From NCBI RefSeq assembly GCF_017876815.1, contig NZ_JAGIOS010000001.1:2730001-2762000 (forward strand): 32,000 nt of DNA, read 5' to 3'. Of the stretch, positions 10,768 to 19,940 are shown one piece after another. Under the pieces are notes generated by a model. That model saw nothing but the letters and a program-made list of their open reading frames with translations, ran no database searches and was not told the origin of the DNA. This DNA is from Sinorhizobium meliloti. GTDB taxonomy: Bacteria; Pseudomonadota; Alphaproteobacteria; Rhizobiales; Rhizobiaceae. The position numbers and the translations under genes are program-made. The first letter of the stretch is position 1. Every line of letters begins with the position of its first letter.

Positions 10768-12078
10768 TCAGCCCGAGACCTCTTCCTCGTTCGAAAGAAG
10801 CAGGCAGACGAGCGTGATCGAAGCCGCCGCCAGCAGATAGTAGCCGACATGGCCGAGGCTGTAATTGGTCGCGAGCCAGGTGGCGATGTAGGGCGCCAGC
10901 GACGCGCCGAAGATGCCGGCGAGGTTGAAGGTCATCGAGGCGCCGGTGTAGCGCACTGCGGTCGGGAAGGGGGCGGCCAGTGCGGCGCCGATCGGCCCGT
11001 AGGTGAGGCCCATCAGGCCGAGGCCGACGATCGAGAAGACGAAGGCCCCGCCGAGACCGGATGACAGGAGCGGTGCCATGAAGAGGCCGAAAACGCCGAT
11101 CCCGATCGTCGTCAGTACCAGCACGAGACGGCGGCCGAAGCGGTCCGAAAGGATGCCGGAGACGGGGATCATCAGGCCGAAGAAGACGACGCCCGTCATC
11201 TGTACGAGGAGGAACTGTTCGCGCGAATAGCCGAGCTTGGTCGTGCCCCAGGAGAGCGAGAAGACGGTCATCAGATAGAACAGGACGAAGGTCGCGAGCG
11301 CCACGAAGGTGCCGAGTACGAGGCTTCGCTTGTGCGAGCGGAAGATCGCGGCGACCGGCACCTCGACGCGCTCGTGCTTGTCGATCGCCTTCTGGAATTC
11401 CGGCGTTTCGGTGATCTTCAGGCGGACATAGAGGCCGACGATCACGAGCAGCACGCTGGCGATGAAGGGAACGCGCCAGCCCCAGGCGAGGAAGGCCTCT
11501 TCGCTCATGACCTCGCCGAGGATGAGGAAGGTTCCGGCCGACAGGATGAAGCCGATCGGCGCGCCGAGTTGCGGGAACATGGCGTACCAGCTCCGCTTGC
11601 CTTCAGGCGCATTCTCGGTGGCGAGCAAAACCGCGCCGCCCCATTCGCCGCCGAGGCCGAGGCCCTGGCCGAAGCGGCAGAGGGCAAGCAGCAGCGGTGC
11701 CACGACGCCGATCGTCGAATAGGTGGGCAACAGGCCGATGACGACCGTCGAGATGCCCATGGTCATCAGCGCGGCGACGAGCGTCGCCTTGCGGCCGATC
11801 CTGTCGCCGAAGTGACCGAAGATCACGGCGCCGAGCGGGCGGGCGAAGAAGGCGATCGAGAAGGTGGCGAGGGACTGCAGCATTGCCGAGGTCGGATCGG
11901 CTGCAGGGAAGAAGAGGTGCGGGAAGATGATCACCGCTGCGGTCGCATAGACATAGAAGTCGAAGAATTCGATCGTCGTGCCGACGAGGCTGGCGAACAG
12001 CACCCGGGCAGGGGAGTTCACGGCCTGCCGATGCAACGCACCATCCTGCGGCGACAGCGAGGTTGTCGCGTCTGTCAT
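10768..12078 (-). CDS. MFS transporter of the metabolite:H+ symporter (MHS; ProP/KgtP/ShiA-like) family, substrate unknown
   Basis: 436 aa, about 12 TM segments. Contains the MFS loop motif GHFGDRIGRK and the MHS-type GLGLGGEWGGA motif. AGGAA lies upstream of ATG 12078. Confidence 0.88.
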   Translation of the reverse strand: MTDATTSLSPQDGALHRQAVNSPARVLFASLVGTTIEFFDFYVYATAAVIIFPHLFFPAADPTSAMLQSLATFSIAFFARPLGAVIFGHFGDRIGRKATLVAALMTMGISTVVIGLLPTYSTIGVVAPLLLALCRFGQGLGLGGEWGGAVLLATENAPEGKRSWYAMFPQLGAPIGFILSAGTFLILGEVMSEEAFLAWGWRVPFIASVLLVIVGLYVRLKITETPEFQKAIDKHERVEVPVAAIFRSHKRSLVLGTFVALATFVLFYLMTVFSLSWGTTKLGYSREQFLLVQMTGVVFFGLMIPVSGILSDRFGRRLVLVLTTIGIGVFGLFMAPLLSSGLGGAFVFSIVGLGLMGLTYGPIGAALAAPFPTAVRYTGASMTFNLAGIFGASLAPYIATWLATNYSLGHVGYYLLAAASITLVCLLLSNEEEVSG

Positions 12079-12480
12079 TGGTTCGTTCCTGGAGCAATTG
12101 GCGGGAAAGCGAGTAACTCTCCCCCGCCGGAATTGCGTAGTTTCATAGGGTTAGATCAGTTCGCTGTCCGATGGACACAATCAAACGATCTGGCGGTCAT
12201 GCCGTCTTGGGAGGCGGGCGGCCGGTTCTTAGCGCAAGTTTTCACATCGAGAAAGCCTGATTTCGTAAGAAATGCGAACTAAATGCGCTTGCCGGCGAAG
12301 GAATATTCCACCGGCATATCGCCGCCCGTGTGCTCGATCAGCCGGCATTCCCGCCTACGCGAATTCATTGTCTTCCCGTATTGCGGGCATCGCCTGAAAA
12401 TACATCTCCCGCTTGACGGGAATCGAATACTGGAGAACTCTCGCCGGCGAAGCGTTTTGCTTCGGTTCGGGGGAATATTC

Positions 12481-13167
12481 ATGTTCAGGAAGCTCTCTGT
12501 GGAATTTCTCGGTACTTTCTGGCTCGTTCTCGGCGGGTGCGGCAGCGCCGTGCTTGCCGCTGCCTTCCCGGAGGTCGGCATCGGCCTGCTTGGGGTCTCC
12601 TTTGCCTTCGGCCTTACGGTGCTGACCATGGCCTATGCGGTCGGCGGGATTTCGGGCGGTCATTTCAATCCGGCGGTATCGGTCGGGCTTGCCGTTGCCG
12701 GCAGAATGCCGCCGGCAAGCCTCGTCGGTTACATCCTCGCGCAGGTCGCCGGCGCGATCGCCGCAGCTGCCGTGCTCTACGTGATCGCCAGCGGCAAGGC
12801 CGATTTCCAGCTTGGCGGTTTTGCCGCCAATGGCTACGGCGAACACTCGCCGGGCGGTTATTCGTTGACGGCGGCGCTCGTCACCGAGGTCGTCATGACC
12901 GCCTTTTTCCTGCTCATCATTCTTGGCTCGACGCATAGCCGTGTGCCTGTGGGCTTCGCGCCCATCGCCATCGGCCTGGGGCTGACCTTGATTCACCTCG
13001 TCTCGATCCCGGTCACCAACACCTCGGTCAATCCGGCGCGTTCGACCGGACAGGCTCTGTTCGTCGGCGATTGGGCGATTTCCCAGCTCTGGCTCTTCTG
13101 GGTCGCGCCGCTGATCGGTGCGGTCATCGCCGGAATCGTATGGAAGATCGTCGGCGACGATAGCTAG
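12481..13167 (+). CDS. aqpZ: Aquaporin Z water channel
   Basis: Two NPA boxes (GGHFNPAVS and SVNPARS) and a six-TM MIP fold. ATG 12481 ([16 protein letters not shown]...) matches the usual AqpZ N-terminus. The 12283-12480 ORF extension is not protein-like. Confidence 0.93.
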   Translation: MFRKLSVEFLGTFWLVLGGCGSAVLAAAFPEVGIGLLGVSFAFGLTVLTMAYAVGGISGGHFNPAVSVGLAVAGRMPPASLVGYILAQVAGAIAAAAVLYVIASGKADFQLGGFAANGYGEHSPGGYSLTAALVTEVVMTAFFLLIILGSTHSRVPVGFAPIAIGLGLTLIHLVSIPVTNTSVNPARSTGQALFVGDWAISQLWLFWVAPLIGAVIAGIVWKIVGDDS

Positions 13168-13197
13168 GTCGAGAAAGATAGCGCGACGCAAGGCCTT

Positions 13198-13231
13198 GTA
13201 GAGCCCGCCTGCACACGCAGGCGGGCTCTAC
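13198..13231 (+). terminator. Intrinsic terminator hairpin downstream of aqpZ
   Basis: GTAGAGCCCGCCTGC-ACAC-GCAGGCGGGCTCTAC, a perfect 15-bp stem followed by a weak T-tract (CTTTCCT). Confidence 0.65.
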
Positions 13232-13343
13232 CTTTCCTAAGATTATTTCCCTTGCAAGCCACAGAAAGCTCTGATTCAGCTAGGAAATCTTGTCTCTGGT
13301 TGATTCTTGACGGGTGTCGCCGAAGCGCGTTTCGCGGCGAGAG

Positions 13344-13372
13344 TTAACCAAAGTAAACACTTCATTAACCAT
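13344..13372 (+). promoter_or_regulatory. Two TTAACCA motifs (CtrA half-site-like) plus a TAAA-N7-TTAAC near-full CtrA box upstream of ddl-ftsQAZ
   Basis: TTAACCAA at 13344-13351 and TTAACCAT at 13365-13372. TAAACACTTCATTAAC at 13354-13369 matches TTAA-N7-TTAAC at 8 of 9 positions. Located in the AT-richer 246-bp spacer before ddl. Confidence 0.35.
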
Positions 13373-13477
13373 AATGTCGTTGTAGTGGTTCTACGCGGCG
13401 GTCTCGCGAATCGCGGCTTCGAAATCAGCCAGGTGCAAGCAAGCTTCGCGATAGTGGCGTATTGTTTGGGGGTTTGA

Positions 13478-14404
13478 ATGAGCAGCAAGCATGTTGCTGT
13501 CCTGTTGGGCGGATTTTCCTCGGAGAGGCCGGTGAGCCTGTCTTCGGGGACTGCTTGCGCGGATGCCCTGGAGGCCGAAGGCTATCGCGTCACGCGCGTC
13601 GATGTCGGTCGCGACGTCGCGGCGGTTCTTCAGGAATTGCGTCCGGATGTCGTCTTCAACGCGCTTCATGGGCCGTTCGGCGAGGACGGGACGATCCAGG
13701 GCATTCTCGAATATCTCGAGATTCCCTATACCCATTCGGGCGTTTTAGCCTCGGCGCTGGCCATGGATAAAGATCAGGCAAAGCATGTCGCCAAGGCTGC
13801 CGGCATTCCGGTTGCCGAAGCCTTGGTCATGGACCGGCGCAGCTTCGGCAATCAGCACCCGATGAAGCCGCCTTACGTGGTGAAGCCGGTCCGCGAGGGG
13901 TCGAGCTTCGGAGTGGTGATCGTCAAGGAGGATCAGTCGCATCCGCCTCAGGTGATCACCTCGAGCGAGTGGCGCTACGGCGACCGCGTCATGGTCGAGC
14001 GCTATATTGCGGGGCGCGAATTCACCTGCGGTGTCATGGGCGACGTCGCCCTCGGCGTCACTGAAATCATTCCGCAGGGGCACGCCTTCTACGATTACGA
14101 CTCGAAATACGTAAAAGGTGGTTCGAAGCACGTCATACCTGCACAGATTTCACCAAATATTTACCAAAAAATACAAACACTGGCGTTGAAGGCGCATCAG
14201 GCGATCGGTTGCCGCGGCGTCAGCCGGTCCGACTTTCGTTTCGACGATCGTGGGGATGGTGAGGGCGAGTTGATCTGGCTCGAGATCAACACCCAACCCG
14301 GCATGACCCCAACATCCCTGGTGCCCGAAATGGCGCAGCATGCTGGCCTTCAGTTCGGTGAATTTCTCAGGTGGATGGTGGAGGACGCGTCGTGCTTGCG
14401 CTGA
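13478..14404 (+). CDS. ddl: D-alanine--D-alanine ligase
   Basis: ATP-grasp enzyme with [12 protein letters not shown]-type N-terminus (here [12 protein letters not shown]) and [13 protein letters not shown] motif. dcw synteny. Confidence 0.95.
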   Translation: MSSKHVAVLLGGFSSERPVSLSSGTACADALEAEGYRVTRVDVGRDVAAVLQELRPDVVFNALHGPFGEDGTIQGILEYLEIPYTHSGVLASALAMDKDQAKHVAKAAGIPVAEALVMDRRSFGNQHPMKPPYVVKPVREGSSFGVVIVKEDQSHPPQVITSSEWRYGDRVMVERYIAGREFTCGVMGDVALGVTEIIPQGHAFYDYDSKYVKGGSKHVIPAQISPNIYQKIQTLALKAHQAIGCRGVSRSDFRFDDRGDGEGELIWLEINTQPGMTPTSLVPEMAQHAGLQFGEFLRWMVEDASCLR

Positions 14405-15321
14405 GGGGCAGAAGGGGCAAGAGGGTTCGTTACCCGGCCGACGGTGTCGCCGAGGCGGATGAAGCGTTCGTCCTGCCGCGGCCGCTGCGCAGGGGCGTGC
14501 GCTTTCTGATCAGCCTTGGCGCCGGTCGAATCCGCTTCCCGAATCATACCGGAACAGTAGCCGCCGCAGCTTTCATGGTGGCGACGGGCCTCTATGGCAT
14601 GTCGCTCGGCGGCCATACGCAGAGCTTCGCGCAGGTCTCGACGACTGCCGCCGGCTTCGCGATCGAGGACGTCCGCGTCTCCGGCAACGCGCAGACCTCC
14701 GAGATCGACATCCTCCAGCAGCTCGGCCTGGACGGCACGACGTCACTGGTGGCGCTCGATATCGAGGAGGCGCGTCGGCTGATCGGCGAACTGCCCTGGG
14801 TCGAGACCGTCACGGTTCGCAAGGTCTATCCGGGCACGATCGAGGTCGTTCTCAAGGAGCGCGAAGCCTTCGGTATCTGGCAGCACGGATCGGATCTCTC
14901 GCTCATAGAGCGCAGCGGCAGCGTCATCGCGCCGCTCAGGGACAACAAGTTCGCCAGCCTGCCGCTTTTCGTCGGCCGCGACGCGGAGACGGCGGCGGCC
15001 GCGTTCTACGACGAGTTTTCCCGCTGGCCGGAGTTCCGCTCCCGCGTCAAGGCCTTCGTGCGCGTGGCCGGGCGCCGCTGGGATCTGCGGCTCAACAACG
15101 GCGTCGTGGTGAAGCTTCCGGAAAAGGATGTCGCCCGCGCGATGAGCGTGCTCGCCGGTATGCAAGACACGCATCAATTGCTCGAGCGCGACATCGCCGC
15201 CGTCGATCTCAGGCTCGAAGACCGCACGACCGTACAGTTGACGCCGGAAGCTGTGAAGCGCCGGGAAGTCGCACTCAAGGCGAGGGAGAAGATGCTGAAA
15301 GCCCAGGAGAAGCGGATATGA
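14392..15321 (+). CDS. ftsQ: Cell division protein FtsQ (POTRA domain, bitopic)
   Basis: One TM segment ([14 protein letters not shown]) followed by a POTRA-like region (IEDVRVSGN...). GTG 14392 is preferred because GGTGGAGGA (14377-14385) lies 6 nt upstream; this start overlaps the ddl stop by 13 nt. GTG 14371 is the alternative. Confidence 0.85.
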   Translation: MLALRGRRGKRVRYPADGVAEADEAFVLPRPLRRGVRFLISLGAGRIRFPNHTGTVAAAAFMVATGLYGMSLGGHTQSFAQVSTTAAGFAIEDVRVSGNAQTSEIDILQQLGLDGTTSLVALDIEEARRLIGELPWVETVTVRKVYPGTIEVVLKEREAFGIWQHGSDLSLIERSGSVIAPLRDNKFASLPLFVGRDAETAAAAFYDEFSRWPEFRSRVKAFVRVAGRRWDLRLNNGVVVKLPEKDVARAMSVLAGMQDTHQLLERDIAAVDLRLEDRTTVQLTPEAVKRREVALKAREKMLKAQEKRI

Positions 15322-16646
15322 GTTTGTTCGGATCCGCCAATTTCGGCCTTCCGCGTCTGAAGCCCTTGCCCTCGAAGCGGTCGCATGTCGTGTCGGTGCT
15401 CGATATCGGCTCGACCAAGGTGGTATGCATGATCGGCCGCCTGACGCCGCGTGCCGAGAGCCAGATCCTGCCCGGGCGCACGCACAGCATCGAGGTCATC
15501 GGCATCGGTCACCAGAAGTCGCGGGGCGTCAAGAATGGCGTCATCGCCGATCTCGATGCGGTCGAAAGCGTCGTCCGGCTTGCGGTCGATGCAGCCGAGC
15601 GCATGGCGGGACTGACGATCGACAGCCTCATCGTGAATGTTTCAGCCGGCCGCCTGCAGAGCGACGTCTATACCGCGACGATCGATCTCGGCGGGCAGGA
15701 GGTCGAGGCGAACGATCTGAAGAAGGTACTCGCTGCCGCGGGGCACCAGTCGCTGCGCACCGACCGCGCCATCCTGCACTCTCTGCCGACCGGCTTCTCG
15801 CTGGACGGCGAGCGCGGCATCCGCGACCCGCTGGCGATGTTCGGTGACGTTCTCGGCGTCGACATGCATGTGCTGACGGCGGAGCGGCCCGCACTGAAGA
15901 ACCTCGAGCTCTGCGTCAATCGCGCTCACCTCTCGGTCGAGGGCATGGTCGCGACGCCTTATGCCAGCGGGCTTGCGGCACTCGTGGATGACGAGGTCGA
16001 GCTCGGATGTGCGGCCATCGACATGGGTGGCGGTACGACGACGATCTCGGTTTTCGCCGAAGGCAAGCTCGTCCATGCGGACGCCGTCGGCCTTGGCGGC
16101 CACCACGTCACGACCGATCTGGCGCGCGGCCTGTCCACCCGCATCGAGGATGCCGAGCGTCTGAAGGTCGTGCACGGTTCGGCGCTTCCGAACAGCGCGG
16201 ACGAGCGCGATATCATTTCGGTTCCGCCGATCGGCGAAGACGACCGCGACCAGCCGACGCACGTGCCGCGCGCTCTGGTCTCGCGCATCGTTCGCGCTCG
16301 CATCGAAGAGACGCTGGAACTCATACGCGACCGCATCCAGCGGTCCGGTTTCAGCCCGATCGTCGGCAAGCGCATCGTCTTGACGGGGGGAGCCAGCCAG
16401 CTGACCGGTCTGCCGGAAGCGGCGCGGCGCATTCTTGCGCGCAATGTCCGCATCGGCCGCCCGCTCGGCGTATCCGGCCTGCCGGCCGCTGCCAAGGGCC
16501 CGGCCTTTTCCACGGCCGTCGGGCTGATGATCTACCCTCAGGTCGCCGACCTCGAGACACATGCCGCCGGCAGCGGCATGTTCTCCACCCTCGGCGGCAA
16601 CAGCCGTTTCGCCCGGATGGGGCAATGGCTGAAAGAAAGTTTCTAG
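15318..16646 (+). CDS. ftsA: Cell division protein FtsA (actin-like ATPase)
   Basis: LDIGSTKV and IDMGGGTT phosphate-binding motifs. ATGA overlap with the ftsQ stop. Confidence 0.95.
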   Translation: MSLFGSANFGLPRLKPLPSKRSHVVSVLDIGSTKVVCMIGRLTPRAESQILPGRTHSIEVIGIGHQKSRGVKNGVIADLDAVESVVRLAVDAAERMAGLTIDSLIVNVSAGRLQSDVYTATIDLGGQEVEANDLKKVLAAAGHQSLRTDRAILHSLPTGFSLDGERGIRDPLAMFGDVLGVDMHVLTAERPALKNLELCVNRAHLSVEGMVATPYASGLAALVDDEVELGCAAIDMGGGTTTISVFAEGKLVHADAVGLGGHHVTTDLARGLSTRIEDAERLKVVHGSALPNSADERDIISVPPIGEDDRDQPTHVPRALVSRIVRARIEETLELIRDRIQRSGFSPIVGKRIVLTGGASQLTGLPEAARRILARNVRIGRPLGVSGLPAAAKGPAFSTAVGLMIYPQVADLETHAAGSGMFSTLGGNSRFARMGQWLKESF

Positions 16647-16739
16647 ATCGGTCGGCATATCGCCGGACGAGACAGGTGTTCGAGTTTGAAGGAATTGGCC
16701 GGCTCGGCAAGGCGGCCAGGGAAAGAGAAGGAACAGGAC

Positions 16740-18512
16740 ATGGCCATCAACTTGCAGAAGCCGGACATTACCGAGCTGAAGCCGCGTATCACGGTCTTCG
16801 GCGTCGGCGGCGGCGGCGGCAACGCCGTCAACAACATGATCACCGCCGGGCTCCAGGGCGTCGATTTCGTCGTCGCCAACACGGATGCCCAGGCACTCAC
16901 CATGACCAAGGCCGAGCGGATCATCCAGATGGGTGTTGCCGTCACCGAAGGTCTTGGTGCCGGCTCGCAGCCGGAAGTCGGCCGTGCGGCCGCTGAAGAA
17001 TGCATCGACGAGATCATCGATCACCTGCAGGGCACGCATATGTGCTTCGTCACCGCCGGCATGGGCGGCGGCACCGGCACGGGTGCTGCTCCGATCGTCG
17101 CCCAGGCTGCCCGCAACAAGGGTATCCTCACCGTCGGCGTCGTCACCAAGCCCTTCCATTTCGAAGGCGGACGCCGCATGCGGATCGCCGACCAGGGTAT
17201 TTCCGATCTTCAGAAGTCGGTCGACACCCTGATCGTCATTCCGAACCAGAACCTCTTCCGCATCGCCAATGACAAGACGACCTTCGCGGACGCCTTCGCC
17301 ATGGCCGACCAGGTTCTTTATTCGGGCGTCGCCTGCATCACCGACCTCATGGTCAAGGAAGGCCTCATCAACCTCGACTTCGCCGACGTCCGTTCGGTGA
17401 TGCGCGAAATGGGCCGCGCCATGATGGGTACGGGCGAAGCCTCCGGCGAGGGCCGCGCAATGGCCGCTGCGGAAGCCGCGATCGCCAACCCGCTGCTCGA
17501 CGAAACCTCGATGAAGGGCGCTCAGGGTCTGCTCATCTCCATCACCGGTGGCCGCGACCTCACGCTCTTCGAGGTGGATGAGGCTGCGACGCGTATCCGC
17601 GAGGAGGTCGATCCGGACGCCAACATCATTCTCGGCGCGACCTTCGACGAAGAGCTCGAAGGCCTCATTCGGGTTTCCGTCGTCGCCACCGGCATCGACC
17701 GCACGGCCGCGGAGGTGGCCGGCCGCTCCGCCGACTTTCGTCCGGTAGCGCCGAAGCCGATCGTCCGCCCGTCCGCCGCCGTTCCGGCTCAGCCGCAGCC
17801 GACTGTCTCGCTGCAGCCGGTGCCGCAGCCGCAGCCGGTGCAGCAGCCGCTCCAGCAGCAGAATGTCGACCACATCGCGCTCGCCATTCGCGAGGCCGAA
17901 ATGGAGCGCGAGCTCGACATCGCTGCGCGCGCCCAGGTCGCCGCACCGGCACCGCAGCCGCAGCCCCACCTCCAGGAAGAGGCCTTCCGTCCGCAGAGCA
18001 AGCTCTTCGCCGGCGTCGCTCCGACGGAGGCCGCACCGGTCATGCGGCCGGCGCAGCCGGCACCGCGCCCGGTCGAGATGCAGGCGCCCGTCCAGCCGCA
18101 GATGCAGGCGCAGCCGGTCCAGCAGGAGCCCACCCAGGTCGTGCGGCAGCAGGCCGAGCCGGTACGCATGCCGAAGGTCGAGGACTTTCCGCCGGTCGTG
18201 AAGGCAGAAATGGATTACCGGACGCAGCCGGCGCCTGCGCATCAGGAAGAACGCGGGCCGATGGGACTCCTGAACCGGATCACCAGCTCGCTCGGGCTGC
18301 GTGAACGGGAAGCGACGAATGTCTCGTCCGACATGACCGCCGCGGCACCGAGCGCCGCCTCGCAACAGCGCCGGCCGCTTTCGCCGGAAGCCAGCCTCTA
18401 TGCGCCGCGTCGCGGCCAGCTCGACGATCACGGTCGCGCTGCACCGCAGATGCGGTCGCATGAAGACGATCAGCTCGAAATTCCGGCGTTCCTGCGCCGC
18501 CAGTCGAGCTGA
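16740..18512 (+). CDS. ftsZ: Cell division GTPase FtsZ with a very long disordered C-terminal linker
   Basis: Tubulin signature [13 protein letters not shown] 16740 ([26 protein letters not shown]) follows GGAACAGGAC. The C-terminal peptide is [15 protein letters not shown]. The linker of about 250 aa is rich in P/Q/A. Confidence 0.95.
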   Translation: MAINLQKPDITELKPRITVFGVGGGGGNAVNNMITAGLQGVDFVVANTDAQALTMTKAERIIQMGVAVTEGLGAGSQPEVGRAAAEECIDEIIDHLQGTHMCFVTAGMGGGTGTGAAPIVAQAARNKGILTVGVVTKPFHFEGGRRMRIADQGISDLQKSVDTLIVIPNQNLFRIANDKTTFADAFAMADQVLYSGVACITDLMVKEGLINLDFADVRSVMREMGRAMMGTGEASGEGRAMAAAEAAIANPLLDETSMKGAQGLLISITGGRDLTLFEVDEAATRIREEVDPDANIILGATFDEELEGLIRVSVVATGIDRTAAEVAGRSADFRPVAPKPIVRPSAAVPAQPQPTVSLQPVPQPQPVQQPLQQQNVDHIALAIREAEMERELDIAARAQVAAPAPQPQPHLQEEAFRPQSKLFAGVAPTEAAPVMRPAQPAPRPVEMQAPVQPQMQAQPVQQEPTQVVRQQAEPVRMPKVEDFPPVVKAEMDYRTQPAPAHQEERGPMGLLNRITSSLGLREREATNVSSDMTAAAPSAASQQRRPLSPEASLYAPRRGQLDDHGRAAPQMRSHEDDQLEIPAFLRRQSS

Positions 18513-18514
18513 TA

Positions 18515-18614
18515 CCTACGGCGCCGTGCGTCCGATCGGACGCGCAATGTCGCCGTAGTACTTTCAGTCGCCGCAGTTTTTCCTGAGCCGGCTCCGGTTC
18601 AGGGAAACATGCGG
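18515..18614 (-). repeat. Bipartite palindromic intergenic repeat, copy B (full length), directly after the ftsZ stop
   Basis: CTACGGCGCCGTGCGTCC-GATC-GGACGCGCAATGTCGCCGTAGTACTTTCAG, then CCGCAG-TTTTT-CCTGAGCCGG/CCGGTTCAGG-GAAACATGCGG. Collinear with 25168-25274. Confidence 0.8.
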
Positions 18615-18636
18615 AGGCTGTTCCTTCACCTTGCCG

Positions 18637-18673
18637 ATGCCCGGGCGCCAGCCCGGGCATTTTTCGATTTTTT
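18637..18673 (+). terminator. Strong intrinsic terminator of the ftsQAZ transcript
   Basis: ATGCCCGGGC-GCCA-GCCCGGGCAT, a perfect 10-bp stem followed by TTTTCGATTTTTT. Confidence 0.85.
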
Positions 18674-18936
18674 ACGCGAAATCAGAAGCTTATCAATTGC
18701 ATTGCGCGCATATGAATTGCGTAACAAAACGAAACGAACAGTGATTTGGAATGGTGCCTCCAAACTCTTATTTTCAAGATCGGAATTGGGGACGCATACG
18801 ATTCGATCGGGCGCTGTTAGTTCGAAGACGAGATTTCCGCCGGCTGCGCGGGTCCCGGTACTTCGTCTTGTGTCTTGAGCAGCGTGGCACCCTTTAGGAT
18901 TTTGGCCGAAGGCCGCCTTGATTGAAAGTGACGAGA

Positions 18937-19890
18937 ATGGGAATCGAACTGCTCGGGTTTCAGACGACGATCGCAAACCCGATAACCCTCAAGGGAATTG
19001 GCGTTCACTCCGGTGCGGAAGTCGAGATCACCTTCCAGCCGGCCGATGCCGACGTCGGGATCGTGTTCCAGCGTGTGCTTGCCGGCGGCCGGCTGAGCGA
19101 ATTCCGGGCCGTCTCGTCGCAGGTCGGCAACACCGATCTGTGCACCGTCCTTGGCCTCTCGCCGGCAACCTCGATCGCGACGATCGAGCATGTCATGGCG
19201 GCGGTCTATGCGCTCGGCCTCGACAACCTGTTGATCGAGGTGCATGGCGCTGAAATGCCGATCATGGACGGCAGCTCAGCCCCCTTTATCGAGGCGATCG
19301 AGCAGGCAGGTATTCATTCGCTTGCCGAGAAGCGCCGCTATATCCGCATTCTCAAGCCGGTGCGCATCGAATCGGGCGCTTCCTGGTCGGAATTCACGCC
19401 CTATGACGGCATGCGCTTCGAAGTCGAGATCGACTTCGACTGCCCGCTGATCGGCCGTCAGGCATGGAAGGGCGACATGACGCCTTCCGTTTTCAAGCGG
19501 GAGCTGTCGCGGGCGCGTACCTTCGGCTTCATGCGCGATGTGGAGCGCCTCTGGGCAGGCGGTTTCGCGCTCGGCTCGTCACTCGAGAACTCCGTGGTAA
19601 TTTCGGACGACAACACGGTCATCAATGTCGAGGGCCTGCGGTATACGGACGAGTTCGTCCGCCACAAGACGCTCGATGCCGTAGGCGATCTTTCGCTGGC
19701 GGGTGCTCCCTTCCTCGGCTGCTACCGCTCCTATCGCGGCGGGCACCGGATGAATGCCAATGCCCTCAAGGCATTGCTCAGCGATCCGACCGCCTATGAG
19801 GTGGTGGAAACGGCAACGCCGCGCCAGCGCACCCGTTCGCGGGACATGGTGGCGGTTGCCGCACCGGGCTTTGCGCCCTGGTCCGCCTGA
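18937..19890 (+). CDS. lpxC: UDP-3-O-acyl-N-acetylglucosamine deacetylase
   Basis: LQTT..NPITLKGIGVHSG N-terminus and HKTLDAVGDL motif. ATG 18937 is preferred; in-frame TTG 18922 and GTG 18928 are alternatives. Confidence 0.92.
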   Translation: MGIELLGFQTTIANPITLKGIGVHSGAEVEITFQPADADVGIVFQRVLAGGRLSEFRAVSSQVGNTDLCTVLGLSPATSIATIEHVMAAVYALGLDNLLIEVHGAEMPIMDGSSAPFIEAIEQAGIHSLAEKRRYIRILKPVRIESGASWSEFTPYDGMRFEVEIDFDCPLIGRQAWKGDMTPSVFKRELSRARTFGFMRDVERLWAGGFALGSSLENSVVISDDNTVINVEGLRYTDEFVRHKTLDAVGDLSLAGAPFLGCYRSYRGGHRMNANALKALLSDPTAYEVVETATPRQRTRSRDMVAVAAPGFAPWSA

Positions 19891-19916
19891 CGGCATAGGA
19901 TATTCCTTCTCCAGTC

Positions 19917-19940
19917 GCCGGCCGAAAGGCCGGCATTTTC
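19917..19940 (+). terminator. Intrinsic terminator after lpxC
   Basis: GCCGGCC-GAAA-GGCCGGC followed by ATTTTC. Confidence 0.6.

Noticed and set aside
12283-12480. 66-codon N-terminal extension of the aqpZ ORF, and the opposite-strand ORF at 12279-12629.
   Set aside because: The extension is not hydrophobic or MIP-like. The canonical AqpZ N-terminus begins at ATG 12481.
13306-13334. CTTGAC (rhizobial sigma-70 -35 consensus) at 13306-13311 as the ddl-ftsQAZ promoter. Also GANTC (CcrM) sites at 13273, 13302 and 13408.
   Set aside because: No acceptable -10 hexamer lies 16-18 nt downstream (GTTTCG). Three GANTC sites in about 245 bp of AT-richer DNA is not clearly above expectation. Neither can be called from sequence alone.
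10697-13477. The transporter/aqpZ insert as a horizontally acquired island or mobile element.
   Set aside because: There is no integrase, transposase, tRNA, flanking direct repeat or IS end, and composition and codon style look like the neighbouring core genes. It is better described as an old rearrangement.
15642-18461. 939-aa minus-strand ORF antisense to ftsA and ftsZ. Similar long antisense or alternate-frame ORFs occur at 266-1903, 1626-3245, 3142-4473, 6004-8064, 8049-9578, 20190-21827, 22766-24475, 26596-27621 and 27907-29028.
   Set aside because: Each lies exactly opposite a gene with clear family motifs. Their translations are Arg/Gly/Asp/His-rich low-complexity strings with no recognisable motifs. 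Long stop-free antisense frames are an expected artefact of high-GC codon bias.
18697-18720. TTGCAT and ATGAATTGC motifs upstream of lpxC are shared with the bamD upstream region (20055-20067), suggesting a common envelope-biogenesis operator.
   Set aside because: A shared 9-mer between two roughly 250-bp regions, counting both strands, is close to chance expectation. Spacing and position relative to the starts differ (about 220 versus about 95 nt).
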